From a virus, in UHGV virus genome UHGV-0209657: a DNA stretch of 55,055 nt; one strand, given 5' to 3'. The notes beneath the pieces are model-generated. The model was not told the origin of the DNA. It worked only from the letters and a program-made list of their open reading frames with translations, and did not search any database. Each line of letters begins with the position of its first letter. Positions within the stretch are counted from its first letter, which is position 1. This document shows, piece by piece, positions 1-8,851 of this stretch. The position numbers were made by a program, and so were the translations under genes.

Positions 1-3
1 ATT

Positions 4-207
4 TTAAACCTCGTCTATTACACCGTCTTTCACCCGCTCTTTTATATCCCATACATGAGGTTTGCATATTTCCTGATAATAGTGATCAGGCCTGCTGCCG
101 AAATACCATTTGCCTTCCATATAAAAGTAAACGCCCGAAAAGTTTCCGGGCGCTGCCTTTGTTGCTGCTTCTGGGATTTTCCACTCTTTATAGCGTTTAT
201 ACTTCAT
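4..207 (-). CDS. hypothetical protein (67 aa)
   Basis: Complete ORF in co-directional early-left gene string; no recognisable motif. Confidence 0.3.
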   Translation of the reverse strand: MKYKRYKEWKIPEAATKAAPGNFSGVYFYMEGKWYFGSRPDHYYQEICKPHVWDIKERVKDGVIDEV

Positions 208-388
208 ACATTTTTACCGCCTGTTTTAGATCTTTTAATGTGCAAGGCATCAAGCGAAAATGCTGAACGCCTTTAATGATGCAGATTAGGTAAATGTCAC
301 CGATTGAGTTGTAGTAATAACATCCGCAATAACCGACACCAGCTAATTTGGCGTTGTCCGGTAACTTATATTCTCCAACGCATTTCAT
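197..388 (-). CDS. hypothetical protein (63 aa, Cys-rich)
   Basis: ORF in same operon string; no motif recognised. Confidence 0.3.
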   Translation of the reverse strand: MKCVGEYKLPDNAKLAGVGYCGCYYYNSIGDIYLICIIKGVQHFRLMPCTLKDLKQAVKMYEV

Positions 389-486
389 ATATCACCTCAT
401 ATGGTATTCAATAAACCATCTGATAAACAGGCATAAGGCAATAAAACCCCAGCAACAGCACATATAAAACAATGTGTCGTCCATAA

Positions 487-705
487 TTAAGCCTCAATAA
501 CACCGTAATCAAACGCACCTAAATACCGTTCGATGCTTACAACCTCAATACCATCAATGCACCGTTTCCACACAGACACCTGGCTTTCATTTTCCCGGAA
601 GTGCATATTAGAAAGCACTTCATCGGCTGGATAGCTTTTCCCGGCGACGTAGGCATCATGGCCTACGCCACCCTCAACGCAATAAAGCATGTATTCGCGG
701 GCCAT
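487..705 (-). CDS. hypothetical protein (72 aa)
   Basis: ORF in early-left operon. Confidence 0.3.
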   Translation of the reverse strand: MAREYMLYCVEGGVGHDAYVAGKSYPADEVLSNMHFRENESQVSVWKRCIDGIEVVSIERYLGAFDYGVIEA

Positions 706-804
706 CTTGTTTTCCTCCGTGCCGTAAACCTTTTGATTTCGGTTTACAAAACGGATACGCGATCACAACACAAAATGTATATTTATGTGATCGCAATCAC
801 GCTG

Positions 805-1434
805 TTAATGCAGTACACGTTTTTCCGGTTCAGGCATTGGCTGTGAGTTTTTCCGTGCATCATTAAGCACAGCTATAGCCGCCTGCACGCCGAAATCATT
901 TGCACGCATATCAGTGCCAACCATTTCGCCGTAAAACAATGGCATAAGGTGTTTAACTTCTTCTTCTTCGTAACCGTCATCAACGAACTTCTCTAGCAAT
1001 TTAACTTCAAACAGTTTTTTCATCATGTCACGCATAGTATGCAGTGCAATGCTACCCATATGATTTTCATCCAGCGGGAAGATAACAGCACTTCCGAACG
1101 CCATCGGGTCAATCTCTTCCGGCACTGGCACTCGACCAAAATCCTCTTCCATGCGTTTTACGAAAGTAAGGCAGAAGACATAACGAGCTACAACCGTTTT
1201 TTCTTCAGCGTTTAAAGAAACATAATCGCGGATCGACGCGTCCATCACAATATCAACGATCTGCATAGCCAGGTTTAAATCAGCGTCATACGCGCCAGCT
1301 TCCATATCTTTTAATACTTCGTGATAATCCTTCGTTTCCACTTCATGAACACTTGCGTCTTCAGTGTAGCGAGTGATTAACATGCCATTGCCGCCAAGTG
1401 AATAAGCTGTTTTGATGTCGTTCATGATGTTCAT
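805..1434 (-). CDS. hypothetical acidic protein (209 aa)
   Basis: Long ORF, D/E-rich, co-directional with erf/ssb; function unknown. Confidence 0.4.
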   Translation of the reverse strand: MNIMNDIKTAYSLGGNGMLITRYTEDASVHEVETKDYHEVLKDMEAGAYDADLNLAMQIVDIVMDASIRDYVSLNAEEKTVVARYVFCLTFVKRMEEDFGRVPVPEEIDPMAFGSAVIFPLDENHMGSIALHTMRDMMKKLFEVKLLEKFVDDGYEEEEVKHLMPLFYGEMVGTDMRANDFGVQAAIAVLNDARKNSQPMPEPEKRVLH

Positions 1435-1438
1435 CCTT

Positions 1439-1771
1439 TTATAGTGGGTGATGCCATTTCATTTCAGTTTCTGGGTTGAACGGGTTTCCTTCACTTGAAA
1501 GGAATAAATCACGCGCCCGTTTTAGCTCTTCCTGGCCTATTTCTATTTCATCAATCTGACCGAACGATCCAGGCATCATCCGTTTTAAATCAGATAGCGG
1601 GCGCATAAGGCCGCAACCGCGCAACAACATGTCTAACGCGAACTGTCGCCGCCCTGCTGCATCATTAAAGCGACGCGCCCACGGTACACACACGATCCGG
1701 CGTTCGAACTCAATAAATAGTGATAGCTTATTTGTTTCGCTATCATAGGCCTTATGTAATTTAATTTTCAT
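1439..1771 (-). CDS. hypothetical protein (110 aa)
   Basis: ORF packed 4 nt after neighbouring gene. Confidence 0.35.
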   Translation of the reverse strand: MKIKLHKAYDSETNKLSLFIEFERRIVCVPWARRFNDAAGRRQFALDMLLRGCGLMRPLSDLKRMMPGSFGQIDEIEIGQEELKRARDLFLSSEGNPFNPETEMKWHHPL

Positions 1772-1952
1772 TTAACACCTCAACATATTGTTCAAGATGC
1801 CATTTACCCACCTCGTCGTCTTCTTCATCAAATAATGTTACTTGACCCCCTGACCCGAAAGAAAAGGCAGCGACAATAAATTTATAGCCATACCACGTGC
1901 GGATCTTTTCGCCGCCTTTCAGGTCTTTAACTTTCACTAATTTTATAGCCAT
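1761..1952 (-). CDS. hypothetical protein (63 aa)
   Basis: ORF overlapping neighbours by a few nt (operon-style coupling). Confidence 0.3.
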   Translation of the reverse strand: MAIKLVKVKDLKGGEKIRTWYGYKFIVAAFSFGSGGQVTLFDEEDDEVGKWHLEQYVEVLNEN

Positions 1953-2215
1953 ACGCCAAACATCCCATTCAGTCCGGCGAACAATTTCCGCCAGTGGTTT
2001 TCAACATAAGCACGGAACGGCTTAACGCGAACATTGTGGGCCTTTAGTTCAATCTCATCAAAGTAGCGCGGTTCTATGATTGTTCCGTCCAGGTATTTAA
2101 CCACTAGCGGGCGCTCGAGATCGTTATATATCTTATTCAGTACAACCAGGCCAGGGTCATCACGATATTCAGGCAACACAACAAGATCACCAGCCTTTGC
2201 ATCCCATGTTTTCAT
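1943..2215 (-). CDS. hypothetical protein (about 90 aa)
   Basis: ORF; listed start is GTG at 2216-2218, ATG at 2213-2215 taken instead. Confidence 0.35.
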   Translation of the reverse strand: MKTWDAKAGDLVVLPEYRDDPGLVVLNKIYNDLERPLVVKYLDGTIIEPRYFDEIELKAHNVRVKPFRAYVENHWRKLFAGLNGMFGVWL

Positions 2216-2334
2216 CACGGCAACCCTCTAAAAATAAAGCTAACCAACGCAGCAAATGCGCCACAAGAAACAACCACAAACAGGAAGCAAATAATGCAAA
2301 ACGCGACAGTCACAATATCCTTACCGACTTTCAT
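2215..2334 (-). CDS. small hydrophobic peptide (39 aa, MKVGKDIVTVAFCIICFLFVVVSCGAFAALVSFIFRGLP)
   Basis: ATG-initiated micro-ORF, stop overlaps next start (TGATG); single predicted TM helix; below 60-aa ORF-track cutoff. Confidence 0.3.
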   Translation of the reverse strand: MKVGKDIVTVAFCIICFLFVVVSCGAFAALVSFIFRGLP

Positions 2335-2342
2335 GATTGGCC

Positions 2343-2456
2343 TCACATGTTAGTAATGAGTTTAATGATCGCTACCGTGATATAAAGAGATACACTGAGA
2401 TACAGCACGGCGATAGATAAAGCCGCAAGCAATGCGGCAATTTTTGCAAAGCTCAT
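2343..2456 (-). CDS. small hydrophobic peptide (37 aa, MSFAKIAALLAALSIAVLYLSVSLYITVAIIKLITNM)
   Basis: Micro-ORF whose ATG overlaps stop of upstream gene (ATGA); hydrophobic helix. Confidence 0.3.
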   Translation of the reverse strand: MSFAKIAALLAALSIAVLYLSVSLYITVAIIKLITNM

Positions 2457-2677
2457 TTGCCACCCTCCGCAATTAACTTATCAAGCCATTTGTTATTAGC
2501 CAGCCGTTCGGCATCTTCGCCGAATGATTTACGGTCGCTTAATTCCTGGCGAGTAGGCTTAGGCCATTTATCGTGCCACCCTGCAGACGTTTCGAACTCA
2601 TACAGGCCGCCGTCAAAACAAATAAGCTCATCACAACCGTCAGGAATTTCCTTGTCTACTTCTTTTTCTTCAATCAT
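2453..2677 (-). CDS. hypothetical protein (74 aa)
   Basis: ORF in early-left operon. Confidence 0.35.
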   Translation of the reverse strand: MIEEKEVDKEIPDGCDELICFDGGLYEFETSAGWHDKWPKPTRQELSDRKSFGEDAERLANNKWLDKLIAEGGK

Positions 2678-2689
2678 GATAACACCTCA

Positions 2690-2968
2690 TTAATCGTTAA
2701 TGACCTGGCCCATACGCCCGCGATATTTGCGCATACGTGGATCGACATATTCAGGCCAGTGCATATCCGGTTTTCTTTGCAGCGGATAAAAACTTGCCTG
2801 CCAGTTGTCGAACCATATTTGTTTTGCGTACAGGTCACTAAATCTTTTTGCCATCCGTTCCGCTGCCGTGCCGCATAAAAAAAGCCCGCGATCGATTTGA
2901 TCACGGGCTTCTTTTAATACTTGCTCTTTTGTTCGTGGCGGTGGTGGCGGTTTTAGATAATCAACCAT
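2690..2968 (-). CDS. hypothetical protein (92 aa, poly-Pro near N-terminus)
   Basis: ORF immediately downstream of ssb. Confidence 0.35.
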   Translation of the reverse strand: MVDYLKPPPPPRTKEQVLKEARDQIDRGLFLCGTAAERMAKRFSDLYAKQIWFDNWQASFYPLQRKPDMHWPEYVDPRMRKYRGRMGQVIND

Positions 2969-2983
2969 CGCTAACCTATTGGA

Positions 2984-3388
2984 TCAAAACGGGATATCGT
3001 CATCAAAGTCCATCGGCGGATTATTCCCGTTATTATTCTGCTGCTGCGGAGGCGCTTTCTGCTGCTGGCCTTGTTGGTTAACGTTCATGAATTCAAATTC
3101 GTTAACCGCCACTTCTACCGCCGTTCCCTTCGTGCCGTCGTTCCGGTCATATTGCCGAACATCCAGGCGACCGCTTACCACTATTTTTCCACCCTTGCGG
3201 ATATGTGGCGCTAATTTTTCCGCACGCTCACCAAATACCAGGCAAGTGACCCACATTGTCCGCTTATTATCGCCGTAGCCATTCGTTACAGCTAACGGAA
3301 AACTACCAATCGCTTTCCCGTTTTGTGTGTAGCGAACCTCCATATCATTACCGATATTCCCGCCCAGCGTGATTGAATTTAAACTCAT
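2984..3388 (-). CDS. ssb: single-stranded DNA-binding protein
   Basis: OB-fold-like N-terminus, Gln/Pro-rich linker and acidic C-terminal tail DFDDDIPF typical of SSB; ATG confirmed at 3386-3388. Confidence 0.9.
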   Translation of the reverse strand: MSLNSITLGGNIGNDMEVRYTQNGKAIGSFPLAVTNGYGDNKRTMWVTCLVFGERAEKLAPHIRKGGKIVVSGRLDVRQYDRNDGTKGTAVEVAVNEFEFMNVNQQGQQQKAPPQQQNNNGNNPPMDFDDDIPF

Positions 3389-4032
3389 TAACCCATCTCC
3401 CCGTTAAGCTCTGCTACCCGGATGTCATAAACATCTTTTGCCTTGATTCGATGTTCCGATCCTTCCGGTAGTAATTTCCAGCATTTGCCAAATATTTCAC
3501 GCAGCTTGTTAGCGTCCTGCGCTTTCGCTGCTGCATCACAGAAACGTGCTAATACTTCATCAGGATTTGGCGGCGCTTTCTGCTGCTGTGGTTGTTGTTT
3601 TGGTGGGTTTTTCTGCTGGCGAGGCTGCTGGCCTGTCTGCTTAGCGTATGCGTCAGTATCAGGATCTCGCGCATCATCAATGCAGAATAAACCGTTCAAA
3701 GCATATTTTCGCGCGTAACTTGATGTCGCACCTGTTAGCTGGCTTGCGTCCATTCCCTTCTTGCTTTCTTCTTCCCTGGCGTAAGCCGTTACCGCTATTT
3801 CGTCTTCACCGTCGCTTAGCGTCGCCGTAGCTTTCACATAATAGCGATTGCCGATCAGGACAATTTCATCGCTTACAGTCAGCGTAATACTTTGAAGCAG
3901 TGGTTTAACCGCCTCTAAAATATCCTCCGCCGACCTGTAATTATATCCACCAAAATTATTACGCTGATTTTTCGGCGCGTTCAGCGTTTGCTGAATCGTC
4001 CATAGCTTTTTATGTAACTCTGTTTTCACCAT
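3388..4032 (-). CDS. erf: Erf-family single-strand annealing recombination protein
   Basis: Motif GATSSYARKYALNGLF recalled from ERF-type annealing proteins; translationally coupled to ssb; Q/P-rich C-terminus. Confidence 0.6.
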   Translation of the reverse strand: MVKTELHKKLWTIQQTLNAPKNQRNNFGGYNYRSAEDILEAVKPLLQSITLTVSDEIVLIGNRYYVKATATLSDGEDEIAVTAYAREEESKKGMDASQLTGATSSYARKYALNGLFCIDDARDPDTDAYAKQTGQQPRQQKNPPKQQPQQQKAPPNPDEVLARFCDAAAKAQDANKLREIFGKCWKLLPEGSEHRIKAKDVYDIRVAELNGEMG

Positions 4033-4178
4033 TTAATCTCCCGTGCTGTTAACACTATGTATAAGGCTTTATTCGCGGCGCTCCACATTTCGGCATCGTG
4101 AAGCATTTCCGCTACTGCCAGTTTGAATTGAAGCGCCTGAATAACCATAATGTCACCTCCGGATGTTTACATTTTGTA

Positions 4179-4469
4179 TTAATGGTAGCGGACTTTATCC
4201 AGGGGTTTTTCCCCTAAATGGCGTGGTTGCGTTGCGTGGTAGTAGCTGCCGCTTTCATTTTCCGTATACCATTTTACTGATCCTTTGCGACGTTCTTTAA
4301 TGCTATTTGGTTTGCATCTTTCCTCGTTTGCAAATCGAATAGCTTTATCCACATTGTCTGTTTTATTGATTGCAGGTGATGATTTTCTTTCGTTTTCTCT
4401 TTTTATTTTTCTGCGTTCCCTGGCATTCAGTTTACTGTCACATTTGCCATACATGATTGTAACGCTCAT
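4179..4469 (-). CDS. basic protein with N-terminal arginine-rich motif, possible N-like antiterminator
   Basis: First gene after candidate leftward promoter; NARERRKIKRENERK resembles an ARM; GGAG RBS before ATG. Confidence 0.3.
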   Translation of the reverse strand: MSVTIMYGKCDSKLNARERRKIKRENERKSSPAINKTDNVDKAIRFANEERCKPNSIKERRKGSVKWYTENESGSYYHATQPRHLGEKPLDKVRYH

Positions 4470-4807
4470 AATCTGATCTCCGTATATCCTTGATGATACT
4501 TAATAAAAAATCATCTTCGTTAATTGCCGCACTTCCAGCGGCTGACCAGATTGTTAATGAGCGGCTTAACATCTTTCAACTAATCCCGCAATCATCGCCG
4601 TTCCCGGCGTGACCTTGCTCACTCCAAGCAAGCTGACTCGTCGCCTTGCGTGCGGTTTCGTGGGGGATGTAACGCTTTAAACACCCCATGCGCCTTGTTA
4701 TCAGTGCCGCTTTCGGTCCCCCATCGGGGAGTTACTCCACGGTTGACAAGGTGTTAAGCCTGATTTTTAAAGTGCCAGGAAGTTGCTTTTGTTACCTGCG
4801 ACCTTCC

Positions 4808-4836
4808 TTTGACTCGCAATATACGCCCCGTAAAAC
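4808..4836 (-). promoter_or_regulatory. candidate leftward early promoter (TTGACT - 17 nt - TATATT)
   Basis: Read on minus strand: -35 at 4831-4836, -10 at 4808-4813, between cI and the leftward operon. Confidence 0.4.
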
Positions 4837-4935
4837 ATCGAGTCAATCCATTTTGTATACTTTTTTAAAATATTTTATATGCTATTGATATTTAAACAAT
4901 AAATAACGTTTTCTGTTTACGTTTTGGCGTTTTCC

Positions 4936-4965
4936 AGGCAAAGAAAAGCCGCCATCCGGCGGCTA
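4936..4965 (-). terminator. rho-independent terminator after cI
   Basis: Hairpin AGCCGCC-atcc-GGCGGCT followed on minus strand by TTTTCTTTG. Confidence 0.5.
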
Positions 4966-4969
4966 ATGT

Positions 4970-5617
4970 TTATGGCAGGTTTACGATCTTCGCATCAACC
5001 ACCACGCCTATAATTTTTGATTCTGGATTCATAGGGATTGGCGGATACAGCGGATTGAGCGAACGTAAAAGCCTTTGACCTCCATCAATAATCAACTGTT
5101 TAAACGTCGGTATCTGCCCTTCCTCAAGCTGGGCTATAACCAGTTTGCCGTCAATAGCTGGCGCGTGCGGGTCAACAAGTATCATCGTCCCCGCCGGGAT
5201 GCTCAACCCCTGCGGCGCGTTCATTGATTCACCTTTGGCAACCAGCCAGTAACTATCATCTGAACAAATAACGCTAGTCGTAACGTGTGGTAATGCTGAT
5301 CGCCTTGTGTCATCCATATTGTTTACTGTGTCCTTCCAGTCAATAACCGGGTAACTACCTAAATCACGCGGCGGTGCGGCCTGAAGTGTATTAGAAACAG
5401 AATCATCAATGACCATACCATCATGTGTAACAGTGAACTGCCGACGACCAAGCGCCCGCATAATCCGCGCAATATCTTCAAGATTTGGCTCGCGGCGACC
5501 GTTCAGCCAGTGTGACAGGCCGCCTTTAGTTATCCCCATGAGATCTGCGAGTGAATCCTGACTCATGCCCTGCGCCCGCATGAGCTGCTTTGCTAAGTCA
5601 TACCATTTTGTTTTCAT
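4970..5617 (-). CDS. cI: CI-like repressor (HTH plus S24 LexA-type autopeptidase domain)
   Basis: N-terminal HTH, C-terminal GESM Ser motif and downstream Lys; divergent from rightward operon. Confidence 0.85.
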   Translation of the reverse strand: MKTKWYDLAKQLMRAQGMSQDSLADLMGITKGGLSHWLNGRREPNLEDIARIMRALGRRQFTVTHDGMVIDDSVSNTLQAAPPRDLGSYPVIDWKDTVNNMDDTRRSALPHVTTSVICSDDSYWLVAKGESMNAPQGLSIPAGTMILVDPHAPAIDGKLVIAQLEEGQIPTFKQLIIDGGQRLLRSLNPLYPPIPMNPESKIIGVVVDAKIVNLP

Positions 5618-5676
5618 GTCGCTACCCTATAACCTCAAAAAGTTTGATGCAAGTCACAAAACGTGTATTTTAAGCC

Positions 5677-5704
5677 TTGATCTTAAAATTCCATTTTGTA
5701 AACT
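5677..5704 (+). promoter_or_regulatory. candidate rightward early promoter (TTGATC - 16 nt - TAAACT)
   Basis: Sigma70-like hexamers in cI-cro intergenic region; spacer ends with CCATTTTG. Confidence 0.4.
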
Positions 5705-5741
5705 TGCAGACAAGGTAAGGCCATACTTGCAAAGACGCAAG
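5703..5741. promoter_or_regulatory. candidate repressor operators
   Basis: Inverted repeats CTTG-N4-CAAG (5703-5714) and CTTGC-N6-GCAAG (5726-5741) overlapping the promoter -10/+1. Confidence 0.35.
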
Positions 5742-5922
5742 GAAAAAGATAACTGAAGGCACAAAAAGGCACTTACCTTATGCTCTTTAAAAATCCGGTG
5801 TCGCTGCGAAGCGAAAAACAAATATCACGCAACGGCGGGATCTGTTGAGCGGTCAGTCACTGCTATCTAATGCTAATGGGATGCCCGCCCGCGCGTTCAC
5901 TCTAACCATAGGAGAAAATGCG

Positions 5923-6180
5923 ATGAGTATGAACATGATTAGTAAAGCATGGAACGTAAAACTTAATAGCCCGATTCAAAAACTTGTCTTAATGGCTCTG
6001 GCTGAAAAGGCAGATAACAAAGGACGGGTACATGATGCATCACGCAAAGAAGTAGCCGCAATGTGTGAACTTCCTGTTCATACGGTACATGATGCCTTCG
6101 CCGCGTTAATGGATAAAGGATTTGTTTGTCGTCTTGATGCATTCAGTGATGTCTATGTAGTGATGTTGCCGGAGGGATGA
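5923..6180 (+). CDS. small HTH DNA-binding protein (Cro/CII position)
   Basis: ATG at 5923 with GGAG RBS (listed start 5845 is non-ATG); helix-turn-helix-like segment; first gene of rightward operon. Confidence 0.5.
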   Translation: MSMNMISKAWNVKLNSPIQKLVLMALAEKADNKGRVHDASRKEVAAMCELPVHTVHDAFAALMDKGFVCRLDAFSDVYVVMLPEG

Positions 6181-6183
6181 TCT

Positions 6184-7230
6184 ATGAAGTGGTTTAAGCA
6201 TGACAGCGATGCGAACCGCGATGAAAAACTTCAAAACGTTTTGTTAGATTATGGCCTGGAAGGGTACGGGCTTTATTGGTATTGCCTCGAACTAATAACT
6301 TATGACGTAGATCAGCACAATCTGAATTTTGACCTACGACATGACGCGAGAATCATTGCGCGAAACGTCGGATCTACTGAAAAACGTATAGAAGAAATGA
6401 TGAAATACTTCATCGAAATTGGTTTGTTCGAATGTTCTCAAGGCCACATAACTTGCCTAAAGTTATTAAAAAGGCTGGACCAATCAATGACTTCTAAGAG
6501 CGCTTATAGGGCTGCTATAAACACAGCGAAGGAGCAATTAAAATTAGAGAAGTTAATCAATCCAACACCAAAAGGTCATGATAGGGTCATGACCGGGTCA
6601 GGAAAGGGTCATGAATTAGAAGTAGAAGAAGAAAGAGAAAAAGATATATACACTTCGTGTATTAGCGAAAATGGACAAAAAACGGTCAATCAGGATGGCG
6701 TAAACGAAGCGGCATTGCGTTGCTTGGCCTTCTACAACGACAAAGCTGGATGCAAGTGTCGTGATGCTAAGCCATTTATCGAACTACTGACAGAAACAAA
6801 AACACGTAAGGCATACACGGAGGATGAGATCACATTAGTAATCGAATGGGCTTTGACGCAATGGCGCAGCCGTGGTGGAACACCTAAGCCTATCAACATT
6901 TGCCGGGTAACTAAATTCGATGGGTATCTGGCTGACGCTGAGCAATGGCGCAAGCTATCAGCTACTGTAAACGCTGCCGACGTGGTGGAAGCATTTAACA
7001 GCACGTTTGACGGCCTGTTACCACCTGCCGAACTGGATCGGGATCTTGAACGCAAGATCTATGCGTTCACTGACTACCTGAAAGACAAAAGCATTAACGG
7101 CTTTGTCGCCTACTTCGAAACGTTCAAAAACACGGCTTCAGATTTTTACTTCGGCAATGGCTTCACTGCGACACTTGATTTCCTGCTTAAACCAAAAACG
7201 CTACGTGATACGCGCGCTGGCGCTCTTTGA
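6184..7230 (+). CDS. replication initiation / replisome organiser protein
   Basis: N-terminus MKWFKHDSDANRDEKL...GLEGYGLYWYCLE matches recalled DUF4373 replication N-domain; GGAGGG RBS; upstream of helicase. Confidence 0.7.
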   Translation: MKWFKHDSDANRDEKLQNVLLDYGLEGYGLYWYCLELITYDVDQHNLNFDLRHDARIIARNVGSTEKRIEEMMKYFIEIGLFECSQGHITCLKLLKRLDQSMTSKSAYRAAINTAKEQLKLEKLINPTPKGHDRVMTGSGKGHELEVEEEREKDIYTSCISENGQKTVNQDGVNEAALRCLAFYNDKAGCKCRDAKPFIELLTETKTRKAYTEDEITLVIEWALTQWRSRGGTPKPINICRVTKFDGYLADAEQWRKLSATVNAADVVEAFNSTFDGLLPPAELDRDLERKIYAFTDYLKDKSINGFVAYFETFKNTASDFYFGNGFTATLDFLLKPKTLRDTRAGAL

Positions 7231-7363
7231 CCAACCACGATCCGCAAAAATCCAAAATTACCCACAAAACAACCTCACCAGCGAGCTAAATCGCATGTGG
7301 TGCTACACTTGCTTACCTTTTTGCGATTAGCTCGTTAGAGAGCGTTACAGAGAGGATTTTAAA

Positions 7364-7465
7364 ATGGATAGTAAACACGTTTTCGCCCTGGCTTTCGCCA
7401 TAGCTGCGGCAATAGATGTTAACGTCGTTTTGTTCGGCGGTTTGTACCTTCTCGTTAATCCATAA
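7364..7465 (+). CDS. small hydrophobic peptide (33 aa, MDSKHVFALAFAIAAAIDVNVVLFGGLYLLVNP)
   Basis: ATG micro-ORF with GAGAGGA RBS; below ORF-track cutoff. Confidence 0.25.
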   Translation: MDSKHVFALAFAIAAAIDVNVVLFGGLYLLVNP

Positions 7466-7618
7466 CCTACCTACCAGTCTGTAAACCGAAAATTAGCCAC
7501 CTGATAGCGTCTCTGGCGCAATAAGACACTGCAACCTGTGCAAACGGGTTACGCGGTGGGATTTTTGCGTTGTAGCGCGTCTGAGGCGTTATATAGAAAA
7601 TTAATAAAGGAGGTATAT

Positions 7619-8674
7619 GTGATTGCTACTTATCATATGAAACTCAATTGTAAGGACACGCAATTACTGTCTGTTAATAATCTGGTTTCTGAACTTGAAA
7701 TTGATAGACTTAAATCATTTGTTAAATACTCTGATCTTTACGGATTTGAGGAATACAAGGATTTTATTGTTGATGGTGATGATGTGTATATCACACCCAT
7801 AACGTTTATTAGATTCGTTACACCTGGTAAATATAGACATTATGAATATAATGAAAAATGGGTTAAGCCAGTTATTGAATCTTGTGGATTAGTTGACTTG
7901 CAAGATATCTTTAATAAATATTCAAATAACACCAAAAAAGATAGTCCTTATGCTTATAATTATATTTTATGGTGTAACAATTATGTTGAAACGAGTGATA
8001 CTCCTGGGCGATGTTCTGTGTATGTGTCAAAAGAAGATGCTGAAAAGTACAAAAAATGGTTGTTCGTCACTCGCGGAGTATCAATAGAAAAGCTATGGGT
8101 AAGGTTGTTCCATTCAAGCGATATTGCAGATCCAGATGCGTTTTTAACTGAACACCTCAATAATGATGAGTTTACCATTGATTTAAATATTGAATATTTT
8201 ATAGTTAAAACAAATTATGGGTATGAAAGATATATTAGCGATAAGATAGCAGAAAAGTATCATGCATGGGGTGAAAATAAAGGTCTTAATAATAATTTTG
8301 AATGCGGGAATTATAACGACATAGAAAACTTTATTGAATTAAAAAGCGATAAAAATGTAATTGAAGAAATAAAAAAGGAGTACGACTCGAAATTATCAGA
8401 AATGAGAGATAATTGTAAAAATATGATTAGGAAGCGTTATGAACATGCTGGCTTAACTATGTATGAAAAACTAAAAGGAGTTAAATTAATAAGGCAATAT
8501 CCTGTTGATGTTGCTGGCAATAAGTATTTTATTGATGGCTACGATCCTGTGAATAACGTTGCTGTAGAAATTGATGAGTCACATCACAAACGGCAAGTAA
8601 AAAGCGATGCGATAAGACAAAAACGCATTGAAGATTATTTGGGGTGCAAGTTTTTCCGTTGTGCTATATCCTAA
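7619..8674 (+). CDS. AT-rich hypothetical protein with C-terminal DUF559/Vsr-like endonuclease-fold domain
   Basis: GTG start 5 nt after AAGGAGG; markedly lower GC than flanks; C-terminus YFIDGYD..VAVEIDESHH..D..R..LGCKFFR matches recalled DUF559 pattern. Confidence 0.5.
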   Translation: MIATYHMKLNCKDTQLLSVNNLVSELEIDRLKSFVKYSDLYGFEEYKDFIVDGDDVYITPITFIRFVTPGKYRHYEYNEKWVKPVIESCGLVDLQDIFNKYSNNTKKDSPYAYNYILWCNNYVETSDTPGRCSVYVSKEDAEKYKKWLFVTRGVSIEKLWVRLFHSSDIADPDAFLTEHLNNDEFTIDLNIEYFIVKTNYGYERYISDKIAEKYHAWGENKGLNNNFECGNYNDIENFIELKSDKNVIEEIKKEYDSKLSEMRDNCKNMIRKRYEHAGLTMYEKLKGVKLIRQYPVDVAGNKYFIDGYDPVNNVAVEIDESHHKRQVKSDAIRQKRIEDYLGCKFFRCAIS

Positions 8675-8710
8675 TGTATACAAATTGTAAACCGCAATGT
8701 ATACGATTAG
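8671..8710. repeat. palindromic element at 3' end of AT-rich gene
   Basis: CTAATGTATAC (8671-8681) and inverted GTATACGATTAG (8699-8710); AATGTATAC direct repeat. Confidence 0.4.
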
Positions 8711-8851
8711 TTATTCATTAAGTGGTTATTTCAATTTGCATAAGTTGTTGATTAACCCTACTGGCATTTTTTGACACCGTGAAATCCATGTTAATAAAAA
8801 TTAGTTATTTATGAATAAATACTCATTCCGCGAACCGGAGGTAATAACGTT

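Noticed and set aside
4470-4969. Possible tRNA or small RNA gene in the 500-bp gap between cI and the leftward operon
   Set aside because: No cloverleaf-compatible segment or GGTTCGA-type T-arm was found by eye; the gap is better explained by the leftward promoter and a structured leader. A tRNA scan should still be run across all intergenic regions.
5845-6180. ORF-track start at 5845 for the first rightward gene
   Set aside because: That start is not ATG and has no RBS; the in-frame ATG at 5923 follows a GGAG RBS and gives an 85-aa HTH protein. The track evidently accepts GTG/TTG starts, so several other listed starts were also trimmed.
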